Shown one piece after another: positions 63,793-64,000 of a stretch of DNA of 64,000 nt. Origin of the DNA: Chrysomallon squamiferum (taxonomy: Eukaryota > Animalia > Mollusca); NCBI GenBank assembly GCA_012295275.1, contig CM022679.1:6510001-6574000 (forward strand). The letters are read 5' to 3'. The notes beneath the pieces are model-generated. The model did not search any database. It was given only the letters and a program-made list of their open reading frames with translations, and was not told where the DNA came from. Made by a program: the position numbers and the translations under genes. The stretch's first letter is position 1; every line of letters starts with the position of its first letter.

Positions 63793-64000
63793 CTATTAAC
63801 AATTGCAACATCATTATTGTACTCAACAACAAAAACAACAACAGAAACAATAATACTAACACGATCACCATAACAACAACAAGACACTAAAATAGGGAAA
63901 TTTAAATTATACAATAATGATAATACATTATATTAATTCAATTTTCTTTTTCTTATTAATGTTTATTCTGTGTTTATGTTTATATATATTAATGTTTATA

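Overview
Eukaryotic, very AT-rich, microsatellite-dense DNA. It looks molluscan, most plausibly cephalopod (inference from composition and repeat style only). Almost all ORF-track entries are artefacts; the real genes are multi-exon and were rebuilt by hand from GT-AG junctions with phase checks. (1) The 5' part of a class XV unconventional myosin on the minus strand, running off the left edge, with a candidate extension exon beginning MGNSWS (myristoylation consensus). (2) A complete 10-exon dual oxidase maturation factor (DUOXA) on the plus strand, 434 aa, with a long acidic tail rich in Tyr and Pro motifs. (3) A complete 11-exon GH18 chitinase-family gene on the minus strand, 546 aa, with type-I receptor-like architecture (signal peptide, GH18, stalk, TM, cytoplasmic YVN tail), lying tail-to-tail with DUOXA. 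(4) The 3' part of a large single-pass protein with ephrin-receptor-like Cys-rich repeats, containing a young 412-bp exon+intron tandem array with one frameshifted and one deleted copy. Also present: two hAT-type MITEs with 8-bp TSDs and a sharp CpG-depleted/CpG-retaining mosaic. The best candidate for a novel system is the cluster of three membrane proteins (receptor-like chitinase, DUOXA, Cys-rich repeat protein) that all carry cytoplasmic YxN motifs; any functional link is inference.
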